Part shown: positions 8,790-19,248 of the stretch, piece by piece
Layout of the letters: each line of letters starts with the position of its first letter
How positions within the stretch are numbered: the stretch's first letter is position 1
DNA from: Caldisericales bacterium
Lineage (GTDB): Bacteria; Caldisericota; Caldisericia; Caldisericales; Caldisericaceae
Reading direction: 5' to 3'
Length of the DNA stretch: 64,000 nt
Assembly: GCA_015489815.1 (NCBI GenBank)
Contig: WFZA01000049.1
Location: 59,554-123,553, forward strand
Notes under the pieces: model-generated
Told to the model about the DNA's origin: nothing
Seen by the model: the letters and a program-made list of their open reading frames with translations, nothing else
The model's database searches: none
Position numbers and translations under genes: made by a program

Positions 8790-9884
8790 CTATTTTATTA
8801 TTTTAAAAGGTGAACCTTCTTCATTATACAAAGTTATTATACTTTTACTAATACCGTACCTGACTAATTGTGCAAACATTGCGTGTTTAAAAAACTTTTC
8901 ACTATCAAAGTGCTCTACATCTATCAAATTTAATCCAAGCTCTTTTGCCCTTACTGCAGTATGGTAAGAAATATCTCCACTTACAAAAACATCTACACCA
9001 AGCCTCGCAACAGTTTCGAGTAATGTTCCACCAGCACCACTACAGAAAGCCACAGTATTTATAGGAGCATTTAAAGATCTCACAATCCTCACATATTCTG
9101 CGTCTAACTTGCTTTTAACGAAGTTGGCAAAATTCTCAAGCGTGGCAAACGATTTCACGCTTCCTAAAGTCCCAATGCCAAACTTGTTAGTAAGCCGTAA
9201 CTCGTAGATGTCATATGCGGGTTCTTCGTAAGGATGTGTTTTAAGCAATGCACTAACTGCATCCTGTAAATACCTTTCTTTTACTACGGTTTCTACCTTT
9301 ACCTCTTTTGTATACGCGACTTTGCCTTTTTCCCCAATAAAAGGGTGCGTACCCTCAAGAGGCCTAAATGTCCCAATACCCTCTACATTAAACGAAGCGC
9401 GATCGTAATTTCCTATAACACCAGCGCCTGCCGAAAAGACAGCATCCTTCACCTTATCCGCATATTCTACCGGAACATAAAAAGAGAACTTAAATATTTT
9501 TTCGTTTGCAGGCTGAATAGGTCCTTTCTTATTCATACTCAACAAATTACTTACATAATCATTGAGTCCGTTTTCTGCAACATCAAAGTTTGTATGCGCT
9601 GCAATAAGATTCAATTCATTCGTTAAAGCTTTATAAAGAAAGGGTTTTTCCTGTTTAATCACGGTTTTAGTAGAAAAGAAAAGTATAGGATGATGAGTAA
9701 GGAGCACATTTGCTCCGCTATGAATAGCAAATTCAATAGATTCGTCCGTCACTTCAAGGGCAAGTGCTATTTTTGTAACTTCTGCTTCCAGATCTCCTAT
9801 CTGCAAGCCACTATTATCGTAGCTCTCCTGAAGAAAAAACGGAGCAAATTTGTCAATTACACCTAAAAGATCTTTAACCTTCAT
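8790..9884 (-). CDS. Nif3-family dinuclear metal-centre protein (YqfO/YbgI-like)
   Basis: YDNSGLQIGDLEAEVTKIALALEVTDESIEFAIHSGANVLLTHHPILF is the Nif3/NGG1p-interacting signature. Its 364-aa length implies an insert domain. Confidence 0.8.
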   Translation of the reverse strand: MKVKDLLGVIDKFAPFFLQESYDNSGLQIGDLEAEVTKIALALEVTDESIEFAIHSGANVLLTHHPILFFSTKTVIKQEKPFLYKALTNELNLIAAHTNFDVAENGLNDYVSNLLSMNKKGPIQPANEKIFKFSFYVPVEYADKVKDAVFSAGAGVIGNYDRASFNVEGIGTFRPLEGTHPFIGEKGKVAYTKEVKVETVVKERYLQDAVSALLKTHPYEEPAYDIYELRLTNKFGIGTLGSVKSFATLENFANFVKSKLDAEYVRIVRSLNAPINTVAFCSGAGGTLLETVARLGVDVFVSGDISYHTAVRAKELGLNLIDVEHFDSEKFFKHAMFAQLVRYGISKSIITLYNEEGSPFKIIK

Positions 9885-10456
9885 AAGTTCTTCAGCTCAC
9901 TCGTTCTTAACTTTTGCAAAGTACCCCAGGAAAACAACCAGACGACAAATCCCACAACGAAAGACATTACACTCTGCAATAGACTTTTAACATTTACACT
10001 CAAGTAAGAATCAGGTATATTTGGTTTTGGCGCTCCGGGGATTTTCTGGTTAGGAGTGATAGGAACATCTACATAATTTACCGAAAAAAAAGAACCAATA
10101 ATCGTTATAAATGAAAAAACGAAAATCATTAAACCTATAAAAGAAACGATGTAAAAAAACAAATTTCCCCAGAAGTTAACATCGTTTTGAGTTTTACTAA
10201 GAGTACCTGGACCGAATCTCCCTTCTTTTTTTATAATGTTCCAATGGGATAAAAACAGTAAAAGACCAGCAAGAATTGCCGCAATATCACGAGCTACTTC
10301 TGAAACAAAGTAAAGATCTTTGCCGCTTCCACGAAAAACAAAACTAATACTATGTTGCGAGGCTGCAATAAAAGAAAAAATAAGCATAATCACACCAACG
10401 AGACTTACGAGATAAAGATATATACTCCTCAAAACCTCTGTTTTGCTGTACATACT
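9881..10456 (-). CDS. Hypothetical integral membrane protein
   Basis: Multi-TM ORF. The track start (10534) overlaps tRNA-Arg. A more plausible start is MYSKTEV at ~10456, which has an AAGGAGGG RBS. Confidence 0.5.
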   Translation of the reverse strand, partial: SMYSKTEVLRSIYLYLVSLVGVIMLIFSFIAASQHSISFVFRGSGKDLYFVSEVARDIAAILAGLLLFLSHWNIIKKEGRFGPGTLSKTQNDVNFWGNLFFYIVSFIGLMIFVFSFITIIGSFFSVNYVDVPITPNQKIPGAPKPNIPDSYLSVNVKSLLQSVMSFVVGFVVWLFSWGTLQKLRTSELKNL

Positions 10457-10472
10457 CCCTCCTTTAAAAAAA

Positions 10473-10549
10473 TGGCGCGCCCAGCAGGAGTCGAACCTGT
10501 AACCTACGGTTCCGTAGACCGTCGCTCTATCCAATTGAGCTATGGGCGC
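10473..10549 (-). tRNA. tRNA-Arg (anticodon ACG)
   Basis: The reverse complement GCGCCCATAGCTCAATTGGATAGAGCGACGGTCTACGGAACCGTAGGTTACAGGTTCGACTCCTGCTGGGCGCGCCA has a 7-bp acceptor stem, a CTACGGA anticodon loop and an encoded CCA. Confidence 0.85.
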
Positions 10550-10581
10550 CTATTAGTATTATAGTATAAAACAATGCAAAT

Positions 10582-12783
10582 TCAAATATTTTTGTTTCTG
10601 TGCCTTTCTAACATGGAGAACAAAGATTGTTCTCTGTCTATAAAAAGAGGGAACGATATAAAGTCATTCTCAAACTTGGTCCTGAAGTTTCTGTTCTTAA
10701 ATCTTCCGTCAAAGTAAAAAACGACGGCTTCATTGGTATTTTTTAATACTTCTATCGACACATTCTTCAATGTAAAAAACGAATAAAGCACAAAAAGACT
10801 ATTCCCGTTATTAGATACAATGGGTATAGATGGAAGTTTTACAAAATATACTTCTTTATACGGAAAGGATTCGACCGAGACATCGTACAAGTATAGTTCC
10901 ACTTCCCCTCTTTCGCCTTTTAAATCGATTCCGCGTGCCTTTGCTGACATACCTTTTCTTTTTAGCAAAAAGTACACTTTTTTAAGCATCTCCTGTGAAG
11001 AAAAAAACATAACTGAGGAAGTGCCTTCTTGATGAACTTTTAAAAAGAAGTCTGCAAATTCATTTACAAATTCGTCTCTATTTGGCGAATGCATAAAATT
11101 TGGAATAAACGAAATGAAGTCGCCTTTTTGTCTTTCAATTTTTAATTCTGTCCCGCTCAATCCCGTAAAATCAGATAGAACATTTTTGTGATTATCTACA
11201 CTCAAAGATTCACTAAAGAAAAGAATACTTTTAGAATGTTCTTTAATATCTCTAAATAAAGATTTTGGAGTACCATTGTAAGCAAATATAACGATACGGT
11301 TATTTCTTTTTTCAACCCAAAATTTGTTTGACTCAAAAAAGTGCTCTAACAATGGATTACTTACACCTTCAAAAAGAGACTTTATCGCACCAGCCTCAGT
11401 AGTTGCATCCTCACCGATGTGTTTTGTTTCAAGGTGTTGAAAGATGTCACTTAAATACTTAGCGGTTATATCGTTTATTCCGTGATACTTCGAAAAGAAC
11501 AAAAAATCTTCAAGTGAGAAGCCCATTTTAGATAAATAAAAGGTCTTGATTACTCGATATGAGTTTAAAACGATAAGCTTTCTGTTTAAAACTCCAAGAG
11601 AAATATTCATTCTATTAAAAAGAAAAGAAGGTCTTAGCAGTACGATATCACTATAAAGCGCTTCCCTTATCTGCTTTTTAAAAGGACAAACTTCTTCATA
11701 GGGGCATTCACTTGCATTGTCACAAAAGGATAATAACCTCAAAAGGGGATTTTTTATAATATGTGTAGGTACATTCTTCAACGAAAAATCTCGTGTTTTG
11801 TAAAGGTAAGAGAAAAGCGTGGCAAAGTACATTTTGAAGTTATCCGGCAGTAGATCTGGGTTCTCCAATATTTCGTCAATTCTTTTAGGGCATATAAAAC
11901 GATTAATATTATCAAGTCGTGTAACTTTCAACCCCTTCTCAAGTGCAGTTTTAAATATTAGCTCCTCGGTTTCCTGATTGTAAACAACGATAGAAACCGG
12001 GTGAGAAAAAGAATAATTTACAATGTCTTTTAGAAGTGTTTTATCCGGCTCACCTTCTATGTACGAAACTTCAGAGCCAAAATACTCGTCAATCAGAGAA
12101 TGTGGAGGTGTTATTCCATTGAATGGAAGTGTCATCTGTTCAGGTTGCCTCTTTACACTCCAAGAAAATTCCAGTTCAGCTTCCTCTGGTTTTTCCCAAC
12201 CTTTGCCAAATATCAGGTCATAATGTCTGATACCATTAGAGACATCGTATAGCCTATGTAGCAGATAAGGCGGGGAATTTTTCATTTCTTCTACAATTTT
12301 ATTAAATAAAGAAAAAAGCATCATCGTATCGGATAATGCCCTATGCGCTTCTTCTTTTTTAAGAGAAAGTGTTTTTACGAGATTCTGTAAACTGTGCGAC
12401 TGAAGGGATGGAAAAAAAATTCTGGATAGTTCAAGAGTGTCAAAGAATTCGTTGGGTAAATGCTCACCTAAAAATTTTTCAAGAAAGATCCGATCAAAAG
12501 ATACATTGTGCGCTATAAGAGGATAATTTCCTATAAAGCGCTTCAACTTATCTTTAATGACTCCTGCTTCCGGAGCATCTTTAACATCGTCAAATGTAAT
12601 GCCCGTTAGATTGGTTACAAGCGAAGGAATATTTCTGTGAGGCCTTACAAAAGAATGAAAGTGTTCTACTACTCTGCCACCTCTTACTTTTATTGCACCA
12701 ATTTCTATCACCTCGTCGGAATCAGGATTGAGACCGGTAGTTTCAAGGTCAAAAAAGATTAAGGCAAGTTCTTTCTCATCCAT
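10582..12783 (-). CDS. DnaQ-like 3'-5' exonuclease fused to a DinG-like C-terminal region that lacks recognisable helicase motifs
   Basis: N-terminus FFDLETTGLNPDSDEVIEIGAIKV...IAHNVSFDRIFLE...HRALSDTMM shows DEDDh Exo I-III motifs. No GxGKT or DEAH motif is found in the remaining ~550 aa, and a Cys cluster (CDNASECPYEEVCPF) is present. Confidence 0.7.
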   Translation of the reverse strand: MDEKELALIFFDLETTGLNPDSDEVIEIGAIKVRGGRVVEHFHSFVRPHRNIPSLVTNLTGITFDDVKDAPEAGVIKDKLKRFIGNYPLIAHNVSFDRIFLEKFLGEHLPNEFFDTLELSRIFFPSLQSHSLQNLVKTLSLKKEEAHRALSDTMMLFSLFNKIVEEMKNSPPYLLHRLYDVSNGIRHYDLIFGKGWEKPEEAELEFSWSVKRQPEQMTLPFNGITPPHSLIDEYFGSEVSYIEGEPDKTLLKDIVNYSFSHPVSIVVYNQETEELIFKTALEKGLKVTRLDNINRFICPKRIDEILENPDLLPDNFKMYFATLFSYLYKTRDFSLKNVPTHIIKNPLLRLLSFCDNASECPYEEVCPFKKQIREALYSDIVLLRPSFLFNRMNISLGVLNRKLIVLNSYRVIKTFYLSKMGFSLEDFLFFSKYHGINDITAKYLSDIFQHLETKHIGEDATTEAGAIKSLFEGVSNPLLEHFFESNKFWVEKRNNRIVIFAYNGTPKSLFRDIKEHSKSILFFSESLSVDNHKNVLSDFTGLSGTELKIERQKGDFISFIPNFMHSPNRDEFVNEFADFFLKVHQEGTSSVMFFSSQEMLKKVYFLLKRKGMSAKARGIDLKGERGEVELYLYDVSVESFPYKEVYFVKLPSIPIVSNNGNSLFVLYSFFTLKNVSIEVLKNTNEAVVFYFDGRFKNRNFRTKFENDFISFPLFIDREQSLFSMLERHRNKNI

Positions 12784-12801
12784 AAATTTGTTTTTTCCTT
12801 T

Positions 12802-15165
12802 CTATTTTAAATAAACAATTGTGACGCCTGTGCCACCTTCGTGGATGTCACCTGTTCGAAAGTGTGCAACATGAGTTCGTTTTCTTAAGTATTCTATAAC
12901 GGCATGCCTCAGTGTTCCGCTGCCTTTTCCGTGCACGATATAAACAAAGGGAAGCCCTACGAGATAAGCCGTATCCAGATACTTATCCAACTTTTCCAAC
13001 GCTTCTTCTACAGTATATCCATGAAGGTCCAACTTCATAGGTACCTGAAGGTCAGGTATGTTAAATTGGCTCTCTCTGTCTTGATTTTTATTTTTAACTT
13101 CTTCCTCTGGTGGTTCAAAAACATCTTCTATGGGAAGCGTTGCGCGGATTGCACCCATCTGGACGACTACCTTGCGTTTTTCAGGAAACTTCTGAATTAC
13201 GATACCTTGCTGTTTGAAGCTGCTAATGTAAACGATGTCTCCCTCGTCAAAATCGTTCATTTCCAAGTGTTTTTCAGCATTTTGATCTGACTTATTAGAC
13301 CTCACTTTCTCTTCGATCTTTTGCGTTTCGGCTTCTATTTGCTTTTTTAATTCCTGGATTTTTTTCTGGCTCTTTATCTCGTTTTCAAGCGTGTTCAACA
13401 ATTCGTTCATTTTATTTTTCGTTTCACGGACGATCCTTCTTGCTTCCTCGTATGCCTTCCTGATTTCCCGTTTTTTCCGTGCATCAATATAGGAAAGCTT
13501 ATCTTCGTAATTTTTCTGCAACTCTTCTATTTCATGTCTCCGTTTTTCTATTTCTTCACGAGAAGAGCTAATCGCCTTCTGGTCCTGCGAAATTTTAGAA
13601 AGATATTCTTCGGCTCGCAAGTGTTCTTCAGAAAGCTCCTTCCTCGCAGCGTCAATAACACTATGATCCAGACCAAGCCTTTTTGCTATTACAAAAGCAT
13701 GGCTTTCTCCAGGAACACCTATGTACAGCTTATAAGTAGGTTTCAATGTATCCACATTAAAGCCTACAGAAGCATTCTGAGCAAAAGGGAATTCAAATGG
13801 AAATTCCTTTAACCTGCTATGATGTGTAGAAACTACAGTAATACATCTTTTCTCGTATAATTCTTTTAGCACTGCAAAACCAAGCGCTGAACCTTCCTCG
13901 GGATCCGTGCCTGCACCTAACTCGTCTATAAGCACGAGCGAATTTCTATCTGCATTCTCAAGGATGTCTACAATTTTTTTAAGGTGTGCGGAGAAAGTAG
14001 ATAAATTTTGTTCTATACTTTGTTCGTCTCCTATGTCAGCAAAAACCCCGTCAAAAAAACCCATTTCAGAATTAGAGTAAGCAGGAATGTGCAGACCAGA
14101 CTGCATCATTAAAGTAAAAAGCCCAATCGTTTTTAAAGTTACGGTTTTTCCACCAGTATTGGGTCCCGTTATGATAAGCATGTAGTAATCTTCTCCAACG
14201 GACACATCTATGGGGACGACCCTATCACGGCCAATAAAAGGGTGCCTCCCTTGAATAATGTTAATTTTACGCGTATTGGTGAACTGAACTTCGGCACCTT
14301 CCATGTTGAGTGATAACTTCGCTTTTGCAAAGATAAAATCAAGATTATAAATCGTATTAAGCGAGGCATAAATTTGTTCAGAGTATTTATTAATCTCCTC
14401 TTCAAGTTCCAGAATAATCCGCTCAGTTTCCTGTTTTTCTTTTGCAGTAAGTTCAACGAGTTTATTATTTAAGTCCACGACTGAAAGTGGCTCTACAAAA
14501 AGCGTCAGCCTGCTACTTGATTCATCCTGAACTACACAGGGAAATGCATTCTTTCCGCTTTGTTTAATGGGAATTACATATCTGCCGTTCCTTTTCGTTA
14601 TAATCTGGTCCTGAACGATCCCCTCGTAAGTTTTAGAATATATAATGTGCTGAAGTAATGTTTGGATCCTCACATATGTGGCATGAATCTCTCTTCTAAT
14701 TATACCTAAAAGTGGAGAAGCTTTTTCTGAAATCGTACCATCAGGCTCCACTGTATCGTTTATTTTTCTTACCAGATGTTTAAATGCCGAAAGTTTTTCT
14801 GCGTACCTGCCAAGTAAAGGATACTCAAGAGCATGCGTACGCAGAATCTCTTTTGTTTCCGATACTGCATTCAGAATTGATGCAATTCTTAAGAGTTCGT
14901 CGCCAGAAAGAACCTTTAAAACTTTTACGCTTTCAAAAAGAGACTCTGCACCGACAAACTCTAAAAAGGGAAGTGTCCCATATTGCTCGTAAAACCCCTT
15001 TGCTTCCGTAGTTTCTTTTAGGGCATTGCGTGCTGTTTCGTAGTCATCAAACGGCAAAAGTTCCAGTGCAAGTTCCTTACCGTGGTCAGTAACGGCAAAG
15101 TTGGAAAGTTGCTGCAAAATAAGGTCAAAATTTAATGTTTTAAGTGTTTCCTTGTTAATAACCAT
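12802..15165 (-). CDS. mutS2: Endonuclease MutS2
   Basis: Walker A GPNTGGKTVTLKTIG, a long coiled-coil linker and a C-terminal Smr domain (LDLHGYTVEEALEKLDKYLD...VYIVHGKGSGTLR). Confidence 0.9.
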   Translation of the reverse strand: MVINKETLKTLNFDLILQQLSNFAVTDHGKELALELLPFDDYETARNALKETTEAKGFYEQYGTLPFLEFVGAESLFESVKVLKVLSGDELLRIASILNAVSETKEILRTHALEYPLLGRYAEKLSAFKHLVRKINDTVEPDGTISEKASPLLGIIRREIHATYVRIQTLLQHIIYSKTYEGIVQDQIITKRNGRYVIPIKQSGKNAFPCVVQDESSSRLTLFVEPLSVVDLNNKLVELTAKEKQETERIILELEEEINKYSEQIYASLNTIYNLDFIFAKAKLSLNMEGAEVQFTNTRKINIIQGRHPFIGRDRVVPIDVSVGEDYYMLIITGPNTGGKTVTLKTIGLFTLMMQSGLHIPAYSNSEMGFFDGVFADIGDEQSIEQNLSTFSAHLKKIVDILENADRNSLVLIDELGAGTDPEEGSALGFAVLKELYEKRCITVVSTHHSRLKEFPFEFPFAQNASVGFNVDTLKPTYKLYIGVPGESHAFVIAKRLGLDHSVIDAARKELSEEHLRAEEYLSKISQDQKAISSSREEIEKRRHEIEELQKNYEDKLSYIDARKKREIRKAYEEARRIVRETKNKMNELLNTLENEIKSQKKIQELKKQIEAETQKIEEKVRSNKSDQNAEKHLEMNDFDEGDIVYISSFKQQGIVIQKFPEKRKVVVQMGAIRATLPIEDVFEPPEEEVKNKNQDRESQFNIPDLQVPMKLDLHGYTVEEALEKLDKYLDTAYLVGLPFVYIVHGKGSGTLRHAVIEYLRKRTHVAHFRTGDIHEGGTGVTIVYLK

Positions 15166-16826
15166 TTTTTAAGCTCGCTTTTCTCAAAAGTATTTACGAC
15201 ATTCTCCTTCTTAAGACCTGCTCGTCTCAAAATCTTCACCCCATACTTCATAAAATTTAAGTGTCCCGCATTATGAGAGTCTGTGTCCACGGAAAAATAC
15301 TGCACGCCAAAATTGCGTGCCTGTTTTATCAAATTAGACGACAAATCCATCCTATTTGGGAAAACATCTACTTCGAGCGCAACATTATACTTCACAGCAC
15401 AATCAAATACCTTTTCCATATCGAGTTTAAACCCCTCGCGAATTGGGACGAGCCTACCTGTAGGATGGGCGAGTATGTCTATAAAACCCGAGGAAAGTGC
15501 ATTTGTAATGCGCCTGGTACTTTCCATTTTGTCGTCTTCAAAACCCGTATGCATCCCCCCAATGCGTATATCCAGAGAATTCAATAAACTGTCTCCATAA
15601 TCAATATCTCCATTTTTTCCAATTTCCAATTCACTTCCTTTTAATAGTGTAATCTCTCCACTCTTGTTCATTTTATCAATAATTTTAATTTGTTTCAACA
15701 ACCTATGACTATTCAATCCATTAGCTACTCTTGCACTTTCTGAGTGATCCGTTATAGCAAGGTATTCGTAACCGTGAAAAATTGCTTCTTCAACCATATC
15801 GTAAAGAGAGTTAGTTCCGTCACTAAAGTCTGTATGCGTATGAAGATCCCCATTAATATCGTCGTAAGTTATAAGCTCTGGAAGAAGATTTTTAGAAGCT
15901 GCTTCTACCTCCCCACCTCCTTCCCTGAGTTCGGGAGGTATGTATTGAAGAGATAAACTTTTGTATAGTTCTTCTTCGCTTCTAAACGGAAAGTCTATGT
16001 ATCCTTCTCGCGAGACTTTAAATCCTTTTACTTTAGCAATGTGTTTAATTTTATTATTATGAACCTTTGAACCAGTATAATATGCAAGAGCAGAATAAAA
16101 ATAAGGTTCTTTAACGATAAGAAATTTTAATTCTGTATTTCGTCTGTCAGTTAAATACAACTTTTCTCCACTTTCTTTACTGACTCGTTTAAAACGAATA
16201 TTCTTTTTAATCACCGACTTTGCAAATTCCACATCTCCCTTTATTCCGATCACGACATTTACATTACTTGCGACTTCCTTACCTCTGCGCACGCTCCCTG
16301 CAACTTCCACTTTTTCAATTCCGTTTTCTCTTAAAAGACTCTTAATGGAATTACCGTAGGAAAATCCCTCAAATAAAGTAAGAGTCTTTTTTCCTTTTTC
16401 GTAAGCAAGTAAACTTTTCCGTACCTGTTCCTCAATACGAATACCAAATCCGTTAGTACTACGCATTTTACCGTTTGTTATAATGCGCCTTAAGTCAGAT
16501 ATAGAACCTACTCCAAGTGCCTCGTATATTTTGATAGCATTGTCCGGACGCATTTCCGGTAAACTGCCTATCATCCTGAGACCTTTTGGTATTAAATCTT
16601 CCAGCTCTTTTTTGAAAGAAAGTTTACCAGTGCGAACCAGTTCGTCTACATCTGCACGAACTCTCTCTGGCAAAAACAGAATATCTTCTACACTACTTAT
16701 GTTTCTCTCGAGCGCAGCAACAGAAAAAGCACTTTTTTCGTACATGGATGCAAGCCTCCTGTTTCCCTGTAAGGAAAGAAGAGTCTTTACATCCATAAGA
16801 TTAAGCGCTATTTCCCAATTCGTCAT
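15132..16826 (-). CDS. polX: DNA polymerase/3'-5' exonuclease PolX (Pol-beta-like domain plus PHP domain)
   Basis: HhH/pol-beta N-terminus and a C-terminal PHP domain (LHTHTDFSDGTNSLYDMVEEA...ITDHSE). Confidence 0.85.
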   Translation of the reverse strand: MTNWEIALNLMDVKTLLSLQGNRRLASMYEKSAFSVAALERNISSVEDILFLPERVRADVDELVRTGKLSFKKELEDLIPKGLRMIGSLPEMRPDNAIKIYEALGVGSISDLRRIITNGKMRSTNGFGIRIEEQVRKSLLAYEKGKKTLTLFEGFSYGNSIKSLLRENGIEKVEVAGSVRRGKEVASNVNVVIGIKGDVEFAKSVIKKNIRFKRVSKESGEKLYLTDRRNTELKFLIVKEPYFYSALAYYTGSKVHNNKIKHIAKVKGFKVSREGYIDFPFRSEEELYKSLSLQYIPPELREGGGEVEAASKNLLPELITYDDINGDLHTHTDFSDGTNSLYDMVEEAIFHGYEYLAITDHSESARVANGLNSHRLLKQIKIIDKMNKSGEITLLKGSELEIGKNGDIDYGDSLLNSLDIRIGGMHTGFEDDKMESTRRITNALSSGFIDILAHPTGRLVPIREGFKLDMEKVFDCAVKYNVALEVDVFPNRMDLSSNLIKQARNFGVQYFSVDTDSHNAGHLNFMKYGVKILRRAGLKKENVVNTFEKSELKKWLLTRKHLKH

Positions 16827-19234
16827 TCTTTTCTCAATTTTCCGTTCAAAGTAAGTTTTACATTCTTTTCAAGAGTTTCAATAAACGATTCAAGTTCCTC
16901 TCTCTTCATAGTTCTGTTTTCAGAATAAAACGCAAGCGAGTAAGCAAGATTTTTCTCGTTTTCAGAAAGAGGTTCTCCAGTATATATGTCGAATAATTCA
17001 ACCTCTTTTAACTCAGCAGGCGCAGAATCTTTAATAACGCTCCTTACCTTATATTCGGGGATACTTTTGTCTACTACGATAGCAACATCCATTTTTAACG
17101 GTGGGAACTGAGAAACCGGGACATACTCTTTTTCTGGGATTGATTCCGACATAATACGGCTAATAGAAACCTCCGCATAAAATACGGACTTTTTGACGCC
17201 AAATGACTTCGTAACTTCGTCCCGTACTTTACCTATAAATCCTACACTTTCCCCGTTAAGAATTATCCCAGCCGTTTGATACGGATGCAAAAAAGCAACT
17301 TTGTATTCCTCAAACTGAGGATTGATGCCTACTTTCTCAAAAAATTGCTCCAACAAGCCCTTCAAGTAGTAAAAGTCGTAAGGTAAACTTCTTTTAAACG
17401 GATTTAGCAAAACTCTATCTCCGTAAACGAGAATACCGAGAGCGGTCTCTTCGTCGTACCTTTTCCCGTTATAGTGAAAGACAGTGCCTAACTCAAAAAC
17501 TGCCATACTTTTTACGCCTCTGCTACTATTTAACTCGGCAATGTCCATTAATACGGGAAACAGCGAAGGTCTCAGTACTTCGAAGTCTTTGCTGAACGGG
17601 TTAGTAACTTTAGCTATGTCTTTAACACTAATGTTTGCTTTCCTCACGAGGTCCTCGTTAATAAGGGATACGGTTACTGCTTCGGTAAGGCCAAGAATAG
17701 AAAGAGTTTCTCTTACTTTCCACAAAAACTCTTCTTCTTTCGTGCGCACAGCACTCTTGAGTTTGCCGCTCAGAAGTTCTTCCCCAAAAGAATTATATCC
17801 TTTCATCCTTAAAACTTCCTCGATAAGGTCTACTTCTATGTTTATGTCTCGCCTGAACGAGGGAGGATATACTTTAATAGAATCTCCAGCATCTTCGTAT
17901 TTAAAACCTTCGAAGTCAAAACATCTCTTCACTTCGTCTTTAGGAACACTGCGTCCTAAAATCCTATTTATACGCTCTATTCTGACGGTAACAGGCGTGG
18001 GAGGTTTAACATCGTCAAACGCATTACTTTTCGCTGCCGTTCCACCTGCCTCTTTCGTAATAAGTTTTGAAGCAAATAAAGAGGCTTTTTCGGGAAACAA
18101 CGGATCTGTACCTTTTTCAAACAATATTGACGCATCTGTAATTAGTTTCAGGCTGCGTGCACTTCTCGATATACAGGAAGGTAAAAAGTACGCACTTTCT
18201 AAAAATACATTCTCCGTGTTCTCACTTACTTCCGTTTCTTCTCCACCCATTACTCCAGCAAGTGCAATAGGCCTATACTTATCAGAAATAACGAGATTCC
18301 ACTTATTCAAATTTCTCTCTACGCCATCAAGCGTCTTTAACTTTTCGCCTTCTTTAGCAAGCCTTATACGAACCTCTTCTTTAATTTTATCGTAGTCAAA
18401 TGCGTGCAATGGTTGGCCGTAAAACTTCAATACAAAGTTAGTAATGTCCACTACATTATTAATAGGCCGCACTCTAAGCATAAACAATTTTTTCCTTAGT
18501 TCATACGAAGACTCTTTTACTTTTACACCCTTTATTAATCTGCCAGAGTAAAATGGTGCAAGTTCTTTAGCTTCTACGACGAGTGGAAGAGGAGTATTGC
18601 CAGAAAGTTCCAGTGCAGTATCTATTTTAAACTGAGAAAAGTCTGCTTTTCTGTTTTCCTTTTTTGCTTTTAGGATTTCAACCCACCTTGCAACACCAAC
18701 GAGATAAAAAGCATCAGCCCTATCAGGCAAAAGAGAAAGGTCAATAAACTCGTCGTCTATTGGTAATACATCCTCTACCGGATCTCCAACTGGAGTACCC
18801 TCAGGAAAAACAAAAATACCTTCCCTTTCTTTGTTACTCAAAAGCTCTTTGTTAAGCCCTAACTCTTCGTACGAGCAAAGCATGCCGTAAGAACAGAGGT
18901 TAACTTTGCTAAAAAATCTCGTCTCAATTTTTCTGCCACCCGAAATCTTACTGTTAGGCAACGCCAACGGAACGACATCTCCACTGTGCAAATTCGTTGC
19001 AGCAGTTACAACCTGCAACTTCTCTCTTCCCGTATTCACCAGGAGTTTGAACAGTTTGCTTTGAGGAATTTTCTCAAGATTTTCTACACGCGCAGTTACG
19101 ACATTCTCAAAATCGTGTTTTACCTTTACAACTTCTTCGACTTCCAATCCCAACAAAGTTAATTCATTTGCAAGTTCTTCGCTCGTATATTCAAAAGGTA
19201 TTGTCTCCCTTAATAGTTTCGTTGAAATTAACAT
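16823..19234 (-). CDS. pheT: Phenylalanyl-tRNA synthetase beta subunit
   Basis: 803 aa with tRNA-binding, B3/4, B5 and FDX-ACB domains. Confidence 0.95.
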   Translation of the reverse strand: MLISTKLLRETIPFEYTSEELANELTLLGLEVEEVVKVKHDFENVVTARVENLEKIPQSKLFKLLVNTGREKLQVVTAATNLHSGDVVPLALPNSKISGGRKIETRFFSKVNLCSYGMLCSYEELGLNKELLSNKEREGIFVFPEGTPVGDPVEDVLPIDDEFIDLSLLPDRADAFYLVGVARWVEILKAKKENRKADFSQFKIDTALELSGNTPLPLVVEAKELAPFYSGRLIKGVKVKESSYELRKKLFMLRVRPINNVVDITNFVLKFYGQPLHAFDYDKIKEEVRIRLAKEGEKLKTLDGVERNLNKWNLVISDKYRPIALAGVMGGEETEVSENTENVFLESAYFLPSCISRSARSLKLITDASILFEKGTDPLFPEKASLFASKLITKEAGGTAAKSNAFDDVKPPTPVTVRIERINRILGRSVPKDEVKRCFDFEGFKYEDAGDSIKVYPPSFRRDINIEVDLIEEVLRMKGYNSFGEELLSGKLKSAVRTKEEEFLWKVRETLSILGLTEAVTVSLINEDLVRKANISVKDIAKVTNPFSKDFEVLRPSLFPVLMDIAELNSSRGVKSMAVFELGTVFHYNGKRYDEETALGILVYGDRVLLNPFKRSLPYDFYYLKGLLEQFFEKVGINPQFEEYKVAFLHPYQTAGIILNGESVGFIGKVRDEVTKSFGVKKSVFYAEVSISRIMSESIPEKEYVPVSQFPPLKMDVAIVVDKSIPEYKVRSVIKDSAPAELKEVELFDIYTGEPLSENEKNLAYSLAFYSENRTMKREELESFIETLEKNVKLTLNGKLRKE

Positions 19235-19248
19235 TGGAAAATGCCTCC

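Noticed and set aside
10352-10564. 70-aa plus-strand ORF, and the N-terminal 26 residues of track ORF 9881..10534
   Set aside because: Both overlap the tRNA-Arg(ACG) gene. The membrane protein more plausibly starts at the ATG at ~10456, which has a good RBS.
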